A stretch of 43,115 nt of DNA from Candidatus Omnitrophota bacterium. Its GTDB lineage: Bacteria > Omnitrophota > Gorgyraeia > 2-01-FULL-45-10. The stretch lies in NCBI GenBank assembly GCA_026387155.1, contig JAPLMF010000026.1, forward strand, positions 1-43,115, given 5' to 3'. Under the pieces are notes generated by a model, which worked only from the letters and a program-made list of their open reading frames with translations, made no database searches and was not told the origin of the DNA. The position numbers and the translations under genes were made by a program. Shown here piece by piece: positions 1 to 9,416 of this stretch (position 1 is its first letter; the number at the start of each line of letters is the position of its first letter).

Positions 1-104
1 TCTTTTGTCATCTGGACATCCGTCTCCAGAAGGTCGGCGCCTAATTCTAAAGCTCTATTAATATCGGCCACAGATCTTACCTGATGAGCTGCAAGCGCGG
101 GCCC
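1..104 (-). other. Start of a PLC-like/GDPD/SMaseD-like phosphodiesterase (TIM-barrel) domain, cut by the window edge
   Basis: The last 35 residues read PALAAHQVRSVADINRALELGADLLETDVQMTK. The pattern H-x-V...(A/L)-x-x-G-A-D-x-L-E-T-D-V matches the N-terminal catalytic His/Glu/Asp strand-helix-strand of GDPD and sphingomyelinase-D type enzymes as I remember them. Only a fragment is visible. Confidence 0.3.
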
Positions 105-3100
105 CTTATGTTTTCTGAAGAATGGCGGTACCTGGGATGTTTCTGCAGGACCGGCGGGAGGTATAGGTAAACCGCCGCTGAATATGCCCCATGTGTCATC
201 AGCGCTTTTTACTGCGAATATCGTGGGATTGGTGTTATTTACTATTCTCCATCCGTACTGGGTATCCGGCTCGAAATGCCAATCGCTAGCCGGGAATTGA
301 GGAGGAAGCTCTGCGGGTTTTTCGGTAATCTTGACTATCGCCGGCGGAGCCTGGGGCTGCATTGAAGATATGAACGCCTGGTCTTCCGGCATAAGCTCCG
401 CAGATTGTCTGGCTTCGTATATCGTACTCATCAGGACAGCATCTTTATTGGCCAGAAGATATATCAGCTTGTCCACTACATTTGTATAGGCGCCAAGTCC
501 TTCTCTTCCAAAAGAATATTGAATAAATTTTATCGTTGATGCAAAATCCTCTATTGGAACCCCTCTCATGTCTCTTCTTGACTTATTGTTGCCGTTCTCC
601 AGGATATCGCTTGCCCTGAAGATGACCGCCAGAAGCTTTACTTCATCCGGATTCATTGTAAATCTCTTTGAGAGTTCTATCATCTCCGGAGACGTATCCA
701 ATAGCCCCACTTTTTCATGGCACCTAATAATAGCCTCTGCTTCGGGGGATAAAGTTATTCCTCTATTCTTAAGTTCCGGTATGGCCAATAATCCGTGATC
801 CCACCAAGACTTAAGTACCTCGTCTTCTTCCGGAGAAAGCTTCTCACCTTTAAGTAATTCATACTCTTCTTTATACAGAAGGTAAGGATTAACGGTCTCT
901 TCTCGAGTTAACGGCCCGCGCAGACCCCGGACCGCTCTTTCTTCGGCGCGCTTAATACATATTGCCGGGTCCTCGCTGGGCTTTGTTTCTTTTGACCGGG
1001 TAAATTCCAACCTTAGAAGGACTTCATGTGCTTCGAGATATTTTACCTTGGCTAAACCGCCAATATCATGGGCCCAGCCAATACGCCTCAACATTTCTAT
1101 TTGCTGCAGTGGCAATCCTAAAGCCTCCGCTATTCTCACAGCTATCTTTGCATCCCTTATTGAATGGTCTTTTATGTAAGGCGCCACATCTCCGAGGATC
1201 TCTTCCTGCTGCATATCCAAAAGATCCTTAGCCTGGGGACGCGCCGTAGGCGAAACCTGGAACTGCCTTCTCCTGTCTCCTTCAGCTGTTATCTTTCCTT
1301 TAAGTATAACTTTTCTGGCCAACACAACCAATATGACCACTGCGAATACGAGTGCCACTACTACGGGCCAGTTATGACCTAAAGTTGTAACCCATGATGA
1401 AGCCTGACTTAAGCTTCCGGCAGCAGTCGATCCAGCCTGTGCAGCCTGGCCTGCAACTCCGGAGTGGAATGATTCTATTATGTTGACGACCGGAGCGATA
1501 TCACGCTTAGCAAACGTACCCGATAGATACTCTTGCGACAGGGGTCCGAGGAAACATATATATATTATGGCAAAGAAAGCTAGCCCATAGGTCCTTATCC
1601 CTCTCCAGCCTTTGATCTTCATAAAGAAATTCGCAAGTTCCGATTTTTCTGCAATGGCTTCACGCAAAAATCTAGCGGCGCCTCTGATGCTTGGATAGAA
1701 TCCCTGCTCTGTTCTGGAACGCAACCTGAAGTCTTTCTCTACGGCCCTATTTATACTAACGGTGACGCTCTTAAGCGTGTAAGGCCACCTGTTATCCTGC
1801 CTGTCCACTATCTGCCCCATTATCATGTCTGAAGCCGGGAATATAAGTAGATAATAGAAAGGCATGTTAAACGACCTGCCGGTATAGTACAGGTAGAACT
1901 TTGCCACATCCGGAGGAACCCTTACCATGCCCAAAGTCAGTATGGCCACAACTTTATCGGCCGGCAGAGTCCACCCCATCACGCGGAATATAACAGGTAA
2001 AAATATCATCGCTGAAGTACCTGCCCAGAAGATAGACGTGGCAAGTGAAAAACTCGGCACGAAGAGCGCCCCGATAGCCGCGGCTAAAAGTCCAAAAGTA
2101 AATATTACAAGGCCCGGGGCATACCTACCTTTCTCAAAGACGCCTTTCTCTTTCTGAAGCTTGGCGACCATCTCTTGGAGTGCATCCGCCACTGCTCCAC
2201 GCAATTCACTTTCCAGAGCGTCCAGACTATCTGCGGTCACTCCCCCGGATAATTTCTCACCAAGAACCCTGAATACATATCTTTGCTGGGCAGTAAGCTC
2301 CTTGCCATTTTGTTTCTTGTCCTTCTTTTCGCTTTGTTCCAGCGCCCGTAGTTCATCCGCAGCGTTTTTGCCTGGGTCTATCCGTCCCTTGAACTTTTCG
2401 ATAACGCCAAGCGCTTCATTCCAATTGGCGGCGTCCGCAGCATCTCCACGCAGCTTACCCCTGCTTCTTATATTATTGGCATCGTCTTCGAATTCGGAGA
2501 CTCTCTCATTGTAATATGTGTTATAGCCGATCCTTATCTTTTCAACCCCGCCTATGCGGTTAGCGTAAAGCGTATATATATTTCCGACTATTTGGCCAAA
2601 GAAATTACCGAGCATTATACTGACACCGACCACCTTGGTTGTTATTGCCCACATCGCCGGAGGTATGGCATATAGGACGGAACCCGTGAAGGGCGCTATA
2701 AAGTTCCTTATAAGACCGAATGTTATATCGTTCGCAGCCCACGACGGATGCACTCCAAGTATAAATTGCACTCCGAAAGAAAGAAGATAGAAGAGGGTTA
2801 TATTAAAGAAGAGACCTGTCCAGAAAGTGGACTCCACACCGGAGTCGAGGTTCCTGCTAATAAGAAAGTTTGAAAGCCCTACCGCTTTCACAGGGTTGGC
2901 TATATTATTAAGGGCCCTCTTATAGCCCAATCTTATTTGGATCCGCATTATAAAACTTCCAATAACAGCCCACAACCCATAACCGGCAAAGAATCCTATC
3001 GCCGCAAAGAATATACCTGCCCCGACTTGGCCGGGCACGGTTCCGATGAACGAACCGACAAGGCCAGCAATTACTGCTCCGAAGAATGGTGCCATAAAGC

Positions 3101-5636
3101 GGTATCTACCGGCAAATATCGTAGCATTAGAAACAGGGTTCACCCATCTTGACCGCTGAGCTACAAAAGCCATGTTAACCGGGCCTGCATTTTCAAAAAC
3201 AGAAGCACCTCTATCAGTACAATAGGTGACCTCCCTCTTGGTCATTACCAGTCTTATGCCAAGATGCTTGTCCTCTGTGGTGTCATCGGCCGGATGCGGC
3301 CCTAAAGGCTGCAGGTAATATACATCGGCTAGTGCCTGCATGGTCTTTTGTATAGCCGGATACCCTTTCCAGAAAGCCTTCCATCTAAGGCCTATGTATT
3401 CGGCTATTTCTCCGTTCTTCCTCTTAAGTTTTATCTGATCCCTTATAGCATCGTGCCTTTCCACGGCCTTTATCTTTGACACTAAGACTATCTCCTGACA
3501 TTCACGGCTCTTTGTTTTTTGTAAATATCCTTCCTTATCCGTATAATAACCGAACATGGCTCTATTGGAGAAACAATTGGACAAGCCATCGAGATGGAAG
3601 ACGGTACGTTTCGGCAGGCCCTTTTGCACCCATCCCCACCCTTTGTTAATGCCCATCCTTATTATGAATGAAGCCAGCAAGAACGCGCCTATGGCACTTG
3701 TGAGGAAAAGAGCCGTCCCATAGAAGCCACCTACCAAGAACAGGGCTTTAAGCCCTACATATACTCCGAACACGGACATGAGGAATGTCAGCGGATGCCT
3801 GGCTGCTACACCGCCAAATTTTACATTGCCCCAGATATTATAATCGCTGTAGAAGCTCTTGTTTTCTCCATAGGGCATCTGTAGCGGGTTACCCTGTATT
3901 ACACCTATCTTCATCCTTTCCCTGACCTGGTCGGCAAAAAAATCATTAAAATTTTTATAAACAGAATCCGCGCTTCCGAAGAGTTTCTTCTGAGTTTCGT
4001 ATCTGGCATCCGCTTCCGCGTCTCCTTTCCCGGAGGCCTTCTTATACTTTTCCAGATCCTTCACGTGCTTGTTCCAGTCCCGGGCTATCTCATCTATGAC
4101 AGAAAGCTTTATGCCCCATCTCTGGACCTCTTCGTATAGCTTGGGATTGTCTCTCTTCAGCCTTCTGCTCTTAAGCTTAGCCGTATCATATGTTCCGTCT
4201 TCATTTCTGGCCTCTTCGAGCACATATTCGACGATCGTGTCTTTCCTCGTCTTCATAAGGCTGTAACTCCAATAATGGAACCTTTGCGGGAAGTTATCTT
4301 CGTCGAGTATCTCCCACATATCCGGTATAACGGTCTTGTTCTTAGCTGCATTTTGATATTCTGCATCCATAGCCCTGACAATTTCCCAATATGCTGCGAA
4401 TAGATCCGATCCGGGCTTAGAAAGCGGCTGTGGCTGTACGCCGGACCCACCGCGAGCGCCCATAGGAGGCGGCTGTCTGCTTATAATGGCCGCTCCATCA
4501 GGTCCTAGTTGAGTATGGGACATTGCTATCATCTGCAAATCTGCATTATTCTGGTCGGTACCGGTATCTGTGTCCATCCTGGCTATAATAGCTTTTGTAC
4601 CGTTTTGATATGGATAGGCCCCCAAAAGAACTGAGTAGCGGTAAACCCTATCTATGACGAACCCTTTTTCTTTTATGGGTGGAGCAGGCCTGCCTATTGA
4701 AAGCTGTATGACAAGTTTATTCGCAAGGCTTCTAGCCTTTCTCTCGCCAAAAGTCTCCGCTAAGAATACGCATATGGACATATTCTCCACTTGCGACTTA
4801 TCTTGTTTTATCTTTAAGCTATCTTCTTCGCTAAAAACATGTTTCTCTTTCAACATCCTTACGGTTTCTGGCCTGAGACTGATCTTGCCGTCGATAACCG
4901 CTTTCTTAAATTCTCCTTTTACATCGTCGCTTAACTTGAAATTCCTGTCCATAAACATATCGTTACCGGACATATCCGGATTCACAGCGTAAAGATCCAA
5001 TATCGATTTAACGAGCTCCTGCTCTTCTATCTCATTCAATGTAGCCCACTGGAGATCTTCGATAGTCCTGCCAGTCCTGGCGCCGGCCGATTGTTCGTGA
5101 TCGCGCCATCTTTTATAAATGGCATCGTCATCGAGCGCTTCTAGTTCCGCGCGTATGGCATCCCTCTCCTCTTCTCGGCGCGTAAGCATCTCGACTGTTT
5201 GGGCAAGCACCATGTCTCTGTCGGCTGCCCAAGCTGCCGTCACCTGATCCTCGGAAACACCGAGATATTGGGCCTGATCTGATAGAGAGATCCTACCGGC
5301 CTTAGATTCCCTTCTTATCATATCCTCTATTTCAACGGCGGTGGTGCCCTGTGATATGTTGTGCAGGCCGTAAGATTCCGCCTGCCTTAATAGTGCATTC
5401 TTTCTTAAATCCTGAACCGTCAATACTTCATTTTCAGTAAGCGCGGTCCTGGCTTTCAGCCAGAAAGAACCGTTTGCTATAAACCATGCTTTTAGCGGCT
5501 GGATCATGCATGTCATCATGAAGAATCCTGCTCCAAGGACAGTAGTAAATGCTCGTTGTGATAGCGTCTGGGTCAGGTTTATAGAAACACCAGTTAATGA
5601 CCCTAGCTTCCCGATATAAGAAGCAAGCGTCGGCAC
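1..5636 (-). CDS. 3'-truncated giant-locus segment 6. Polytopic membrane protein of >=1,878 codons with a C-terminal HD domain and the start of a PLC-like phosphodiesterase domain. It continues past position 1.
   Basis: I translated the minus strand by hand. The frame is open from the stop at 5658-5660 down to position 1. The first canonical start is GTG at 5636, and ATG ATG lies at 5519-5514. The ORF is absent from the track because there is no stop in the window. Five hydrophobic clusters sit at about 3650-3810, 2560-3110, 1835-2125, 1545-1600 and 1318-1372. HD-type motifs are RRIGWAHDIGGL, IIRCHEKVG and FRASDILEN. Confidence 0.8.
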   Translation of the reverse strand, partial: MPTLASYIGKLGSLTGVSINLTQTLSQRAFTTVLGAGFFMMTCMIQPLKAWFIANGSFWLKARTALTENEVLTVQDLRKNALLRQAESYGLHNISQGTTAVEIEDMIRRESKAGRISLSDQAQYLGVSEDQVTAAWAADRDMVLAQTVEMLTRREEERDAIRAELEALDDDAIYKRWRDHEQSAGARTGRTIEDLQWATLNEIEEQELVKSILDLYAVNPDMSGNDMFMDRNFKLSDDVKGEFKKAVIDGKISLRPETVRMLKEKHVFSEEDSLKIKQDKSQVENMSICVFLAETFGERKARSLANKLVIQLSIGRPAPPIKEKGFVIDRVYRYSVLLGAYPYQNGTKAIIARMDTDTGTDQNNADLQMIAMSHTQLGPDGAAIISRQPPPMGARGGSGVQPQPLSKPGSDLFAAYWEIVRAMDAEYQNAAKNKTVIPDMWEILDEDNFPQRFHYWSYSLMKTRKDTIVEYVLEEARNEDGTYDTAKLKSRRLKRDNPKLYEEVQRWGIKLSVIDEIARDWNKHVKDLEKYKKASGKGDAEADARYETQKKLFGSADSVYKNFNDFFADQVRERMKIGVIQGNPLQMPYGENKSFYSDYNIWGNVKFGGVAARHPLTFLMSVFGVYVGLKALFLVGGFYGTALFLTSAIGAFLLASFIIRMGINKGWGWVQKGLPKRTVFHLDGLSNCFSNRAMFGYYTDKEGYLQKTKSRECQEIVLVSKIKAVERHDAIRDQIKLKRKNGEIAEYIGLRWKAFWKGYPAIQKTMQALADVYYLQPLGPHPADDTTEDKHLGIRLVMTKREVTYCTDRGASVFENAGPVNMAFVAQRSRWVNPVSNATIFAGRYRFMAPFFGAVIAGLVGSFIGTVPGQVGAGIFFAAIGFFAGYGLWAVIGSFIMRIQIRLGYKRALNNIANPVKAVGLSNFLISRNLDSGVESTFWTGLFFNITLFYLLSFGVQFILGVHPSWAANDITFGLIRNFIAPFTGSVLYAIPPAMWAITTKVVGVSIMLGNFFGQIVGNIYTLYANRIGGVEKIRIGYNTYYNERVSEFEDDANNIRSRGKLRGDAADAANWNEALGVIEKFKGRIDPGKNAADELRALEQSEKKDKKQNGKELTAQQRYVFRVLGEKLSGGVTADSLDALESELRGAVADALQEMVAKLQKEKGVFEKGRYAPGLVIFTFGLLAAAIGALFVPSFSLATSIFWAGTSAMIFLPVIFRVMGWTLPADKVVAILTLGMVRVPPDVAKFYLYYTGRSFNMPFYYLLIFPASDMIMGQIVDRQDNRWPYTLKSVTVSINRAVEKDFRLRSRTEQGFYPSIRGAARFLREAIAEKSELANFFMKIKGWRGIRTYGLAFFAIIYICFLGPLSQEYLSGTFAKRDIAPVVNIIESFHSGVAGQAAQAGSTAAGSLSQASSWVTTLGHNWPVVVALVFAVVILVVLARKVILKGKITAEGDRRRQFQVSPTARPQAKDLLDMQQEEILGDVAPYIKDHSIRDAKIAVRIAEALGLPLQQIEMLRRIGWAHDIGGLAKVKYLEAHEVLLRLEFTRSKETKPSEDPAICIKRAEERAVRGLRGPLTREETVNPYLLYKEEYELLKGEKLSPEEDEVLKSWWDHGLLAIPELKNRGITLSPEAEAIIRCHEKVGLLDTSPEMIELSKRFTMNPDEVKLLAVIFRASDILENGNNKSRRDMRGVPIEDFASTIKFIQYSFGREGLGAYTNVVDKLIYLLANKDAVLMSTIYEARQSAELMPEDQAFISSMQPQAPPAIVKITEKPAELPPQFPASDWHFEPDTQYGWRIVNNTNPTIFAVKSADDTWGIFSGGLPIPPAGPAETSQVPPFFRKHKGPALAAHQVRSVADINRALELGADLLETDVQMTK
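545..1175 (-). other. HD-superfamily metal-dependent phosphohydrolase domain
   Basis: The segment reads DHSIRDAKIAVRIAEALGLPLQQIEMLRRIGWAHDIGGL (His-Asp codons at 1065-1070) ... WWDHGLLA ... EAIIRCHEKVGLLD ... LLAVIFRASDILENG. This gives the spacing H...HD...H...D typical of HD domains. Confidence 0.65.
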
Positions 5637-5640
5637 ATGT

Positions 5641-6558
5641 TCAGCAAACAGATATGATCAAAGCAGCCCCTATCACGAACTGGTATCTATCCCTGATCGG
5701 TATCCTTGAAGCGAGGGAGTCGAGTATATTCTCGTATTCGGATACTGCTCCTATGCGGGCGGCGCGTTCTTTTATACCGGTCTTATATTCTCCTGGTTTT
5801 AGATTTTCCAGGAACTCAATATTCATGCAATATACGGCGGCGTTCAAGTCATACCCGACCCTGTGGGCAAAAAGCTCCGAGGCCAAATGCGGCGCGCCGC
5901 CATCATCTTCTTTTATTTCGCCCACCGCATCTCTCTCAAGCAGGCCGATATATTTCTCCGAACCGGGCATCTCGTATTCGCTTGTATCTCTTCCGGCTCT
6001 ATCTTTGACCTTAACCCCGAAAAGCCCTATTACAGTGCCACCTGACTGCCTAGTTCTATCCTCCTCAGAGAGATCGAACGTAGGAGTCTGCTTATACCTT
6101 AAAAATCTGTATTTCGGCCCCATGACCTTCATAAGATTAAACTTCGCATCCCTGTGCACAGTTATCCTATATCGCATTCTCTTGGTCTTATTCAATCCGG
6201 AATTGTTAAGGCCGTATCTTTTAATGATCCGATAATCCTTACCATCGAGCTCTGTTTTGCCAAGGAACGCTTTTATTTCAGCTGCGGGTGATACTAAGAA
6301 GTATCTTCCTTTGGCGTCAGGATCTTCAGCTATCTTTATCCCTGTATCTTTTAATAACTTGAAAGCACCCTCGCTCAAACCATCTTCTGCTAAACTTCCT
6401 TTTATAGCCACTAGAGACCTGGCGGCCTCTCTCTTCAGGAACTCAACTTCTATCCTTGCTATATCTATTGAGGCAAATAGGTCATTATATGCTTTTGTAT
6501 CCTTTACTATATCCTCTCCGCTGGGGAACTCTACCCTACCCGGAATATTATTAAGCAC
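5641..6558 (-). CDS. Hypothetical protein, giant-locus segment 5
   Basis: A 305-aa ORF with a GTG start. Its frame is already open from about 6650 and codes plausibly there (LIKLIDDARAAPPGSEYADALQRLNN...). It ends in a hydrophobic stretch (FVIGAALIISVC) that overlaps the open frame of the next ORF. I recognise no family. Confidence 0.6.
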   Translation of the reverse strand: MLNNIPGRVEFPSGEDIVKDTKAYNDLFASIDIARIEVEFLKREAARSLVAIKGSLAEDGLSEGAFKLLKDTGIKIAEDPDAKGRYFLVSPAAEIKAFLGKTELDGKDYRIIKRYGLNNSGLNKTKRMRYRITVHRDAKFNLMKVMGPKYRFLRYKQTPTFDLSEEDRTRQSGGTVIGLFGVKVKDRAGRDTSEYEMPGSEKYIGLLERDAVGEIKEDDGGAPHLASELFAHRVGYDLNAAVYCMNIEFLENLKPGEYKTGIKERAARIGAVSEYENILDSLASRIPIRDRYQFVIGAALIISVC

Positions 6559-6629
6559 GTTGTTAAGCCTTTGGAGGGCGTCGGCGTATTCGCTTCCGGG
6601 CGGTGCGGCCCTGGCATCGTCTATTAATT

Positions 6630-9416
6630 TTATAAGCCCTGGCCATTAAGGACGACCTCCATGGCCCTGTACTGAAGCTCAGCTTCGGAAAGCTCATCTT
6701 TAGTGGCTATACCGGATCTGAGTACTTTTAAAAATAACTTTCTTACTAAGGGCGCTACGATCCACACGATTATTGCTATGGTGAGCACAACGTATAGCCA
6801 GTTTTCGTACAGATATCCTCTAAGAAGTTGCGGAGAATTATCAAGTATCCCGCGGACCGATAACAGAATATCGGTTGCGTGCCATATTCCTATCACCTTT
6901 GTAATAGCTCTTATCCTTTGAGCTGCGATGCTCTTCTTCTTCGGAAGCCTGGAGTTCAATATTTCTGTGGCTTTAGCCACAACCCCGCCGCCGAGTAGCC
7001 TGAATTTTGAAGCGAATGAGGCGCTCATCTCCGTCAGTCTTAATCTTACAGCAGGTTTACCGCGCATGGAATCAAGCGGCGTTGACTTACTATAATCGGC
7101 TTTTCCTTTTGCAGCATCATACGGAGCGCTGAAGAATTCATCTGAACCGTTTCTACCTGTTCCGATCGAGCGTATATACTGGATCTTGAGATTGCCGGAA
7201 TACTGAAATTCTTTTATCGCCGTTCCACCCATAGATTCCAGCTGAGCAGAAACGGGCCCCACAGTATTCGTTGCTGGGTCACGCGGAGCGCTGAAAAATT
7301 CATCTGCCCCTCCTTTTCCCGTGCCTATGGAACGAATATATCTGGTCTGTCCGTCCGCAGAATCCGTAAACTGAGGCTTTGGAGGCGTTTTTTTGACAGG
7401 TACTTTTGTAATTGGTACTTTTGTTTTGCGATAGGCGTCGCGCCCGCTTCTAAACATCCATAAAATAGCCATCATGAAAGCTACTACCATGTAAGTAGCC
7501 CAAAGGGTCGACCTGTTCTTAAGCGCTTCATCAAATGGTGACATCCCGTGCTGTATCTTCTTGGCCCCTACCAGTATTGTATATGCCTGATGGTTGGCTT
7601 CAGCTTTCGTGATCTGACCGCCATTGACCTGTTCGGCGAGATCCTGTAAAAGGTAGAGAGCCCTGTTAACGCTTTCGCTGTTTATACTCTTCAGAGAATA
7701 TTGTTCTTTTAGCACAGCTAACGCCTGTTTTACATACAGCAGTCCAGCTACATCCTTATATGTGCCCTCCATATTTTTGGAATATATTTTATCGGCCCAG
7801 TGCATAAGGACCTCTGCTGTTTTGACATCTATCTTCTCTACCGAATTAATATTAAGAGTTTTTGCTACGAAGAGATACAATTTATCAGTACCGATAAGCG
7901 TATTTGTTATGCTATCCGGATCGAGCGCGCCGGCTTTATTCCACCTTCCGGAATCGTCAAGAGTCCTGAATATAGCGTTTATAAGAGATACTCGCGGGAT
8001 CACTCTTAATCTTTCAGGGATCGTGACTTTGTTCATGGCGGCATTAATGTCGCCATAAGCCTTCCCATTAGGATCGAGCTCCTTATAAAGCTTAGTGGAA
8101 ACGGCCGATGCTGCTTGCGTTTTCGATTCCGGCGCATTCTGGACTTTTTCCACAGTTATATCGTTTGGTTCAGTCGCTGCATTTCTTATCGAAATACCAG
8201 TTATCCGAACATCGCCCGCAAATTTTTGCTTTGAAACGTTCTTTTCGCTGAATACGAGGCCAACGTGCGTGATCCTAGTGGGGTCATACATCCTGAACGG
8301 TAATTTCTCATCTCCGAATCTTACTCTGACCGTTATTAGATTATCCGGGTTACCAGTCCTTTTTATAGGGTCGTCTATTATGAAGACAAATCCGTTTGAA
8401 TATGGTGTGGCTTCGGTCGACCGGGATACGTCTATCCACCTGCCTTTTTCTATCGACTCGGCGCTGTATAAGGAAGATATGGCTGCCGCCTCAAGTCCTA
8501 TATGGCCACCCGGTCGCATATGCATGAAGCTATCCGGAAGCCTTACCGTAAATATAAGCTCCTTACCCCTCAGATCCGCGGCACCGTTTTCCACTACACT
8601 ATCCTGCAATAAACCTTCTACTGGTATATATATGTAGGCCTGCCCCGCGCGCTGGTCAGACATTATTTTTCCTACCTCACCAAGACTTATCTCTCCGTCC
8701 ACAAGCGCAAGACTTGGAATATTGTGTGTTCTTATTTTATCGATCGCCCCTGGCTTTACTGACAAAAGCTCCTTTTCGGGATATTTGACAAAATCACTTA
8801 TATCAATACCATATCGTCTAGCCGTATTCTCCAACGAGGCAAAAAGATTATAGTAAACGGATCTTGCCGTTTCCGAGCTAAAATCTGATTTATATTTTAT
8901 CCTTAAAGCTCTATCCAAACTGCTAAATTTGATCTTTATGATATCCGGCAGCGATGCCTTATGCCTAGCCCAATCGTTAATTATTTCCTGCTCTGACATT
9001 CCGAGGCGGTCTGTTCTAAATTTGACGGTCGGCTCCGAACTGCTCAATTCCCTTATGTCCATCTGGATCCAACCATATATGTTATCCGGTTCTCCACTAT
9101 CGATAAATTCCTCTACAAGATCTTGAGCAATTTGAACGTAAGTAAGATCAGACCATAGTTGTCCGAGGCCGGTTGTAACGAATATGGAACCCTTATTATT
9201 TGAGGTACTGGTTTTAGTCACGGTAATAACACCATTTGCATCCGTCTCTCTTCTTTCGGCCTTCTCTATACTTCCATCGGATTTTATAACCCTTACGACC
9301 CTCCCGTAAGGATGTGCAAGAGGTCTATTATTCTTATCTACGGTGACGAGGGCTGTTTCATCGTACTCGTAGGCCTTATTGTCCTTATCCGCAGGATCGG
9401 AAGTAGCGTATGTCAC
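6630..9416 (-). CDS. Giant-locus segment 4. It holds the YD/RHS-like repeat continuation, a beta-rich central region, and two TM helices flanking a duplicated 54-aa motif.
   Basis: A 928-aa ORF. The listed start (GTG, MTYATSD...) lies inside a repeat unit. The same frame continues upstream as PQYTGETRTEAGKAELDKAGNLFATTAYYPSGNLKSVTYATSD. TM helices are LWATYMVVAFMMAILWMF (about 7455-7510) and WLYVVLTIAIIVWIVAPLV (about 6745-6805). Confidence 0.75.
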   Translation of the reverse strand: MTYATSDPADKDNKAYEYDETALVTVDKNNRPLAHPYGRVVRVIKSDGSIEKAERRETDANGVITVTKTSTSNNKGSIFVTTGLGQLWSDLTYVQIAQDLVEEFIDSGEPDNIYGWIQMDIRELSSSEPTVKFRTDRLGMSEQEIINDWARHKASLPDIIKIKFSSLDRALRIKYKSDFSSETARSVYYNLFASLENTARRYGIDISDFVKYPEKELLSVKPGAIDKIRTHNIPSLALVDGEISLGEVGKIMSDQRAGQAYIYIPVEGLLQDSVVENGAADLRGKELIFTVRLPDSFMHMRPGGHIGLEAAAISSLYSAESIEKGRWIDVSRSTEATPYSNGFVFIIDDPIKRTGNPDNLITVRVRFGDEKLPFRMYDPTRITHVGLVFSEKNVSKQKFAGDVRITGISIRNAATEPNDITVEKVQNAPESKTQAASAVSTKLYKELDPNGKAYGDINAAMNKVTIPERLRVIPRVSLINAIFRTLDDSGRWNKAGALDPDSITNTLIGTDKLYLFVAKTLNINSVEKIDVKTAEVLMHWADKIYSKNMEGTYKDVAGLLYVKQALAVLKEQYSLKSINSESVNRALYLLQDLAEQVNGGQITKAEANHQAYTILVGAKKIQHGMSPFDEALKNRSTLWATYMVVAFMMAILWMFRSGRDAYRKTKVPITKVPVKKTPPKPQFTDSADGQTRYIRSIGTGKGGADEFFSAPRDPATNTVGPVSAQLESMGGTAIKEFQYSGNLKIQYIRSIGTGRNGSDEFFSAPYDAAKGKADYSKSTPLDSMRGKPAVRLRLTEMSASFASKFRLLGGGVVAKATEILNSRLPKKKSIAAQRIRAITKVIGIWHATDILLSVRGILDNSPQLLRGYLYENWLYVVLTIAIIVWIVAPLVRKLFLKVLRSGIATKDELSEAELQYRAMEVVLNGQGL

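Noticed and set aside
5641-5643. In-frame TGA read-through or an alternative genetic code (TGA as sense) linking ORF 5641..6558 to the downstream ORF.
   Set aside because: After re-indexing, the downstream ORF is in a different frame (codon starts congruent to 2 mod 3 versus 0). The 1,900-2,700-aa ORFs are uninterrupted under the standard code, so there is no evidence for stop-codon reassignment.
7900-8650. Carbohydrate-binding or beta-sandwich domain in ORF 6630..9416 (GKELIFTVRLPDSF ... FVFIIDDP ... ITVRVRFGDE ... DVRITGISI).
   Set aside because: This rests only on alternating beta-like periodicity. I can name no family-specific motif, so it needs structure prediction before any claim.
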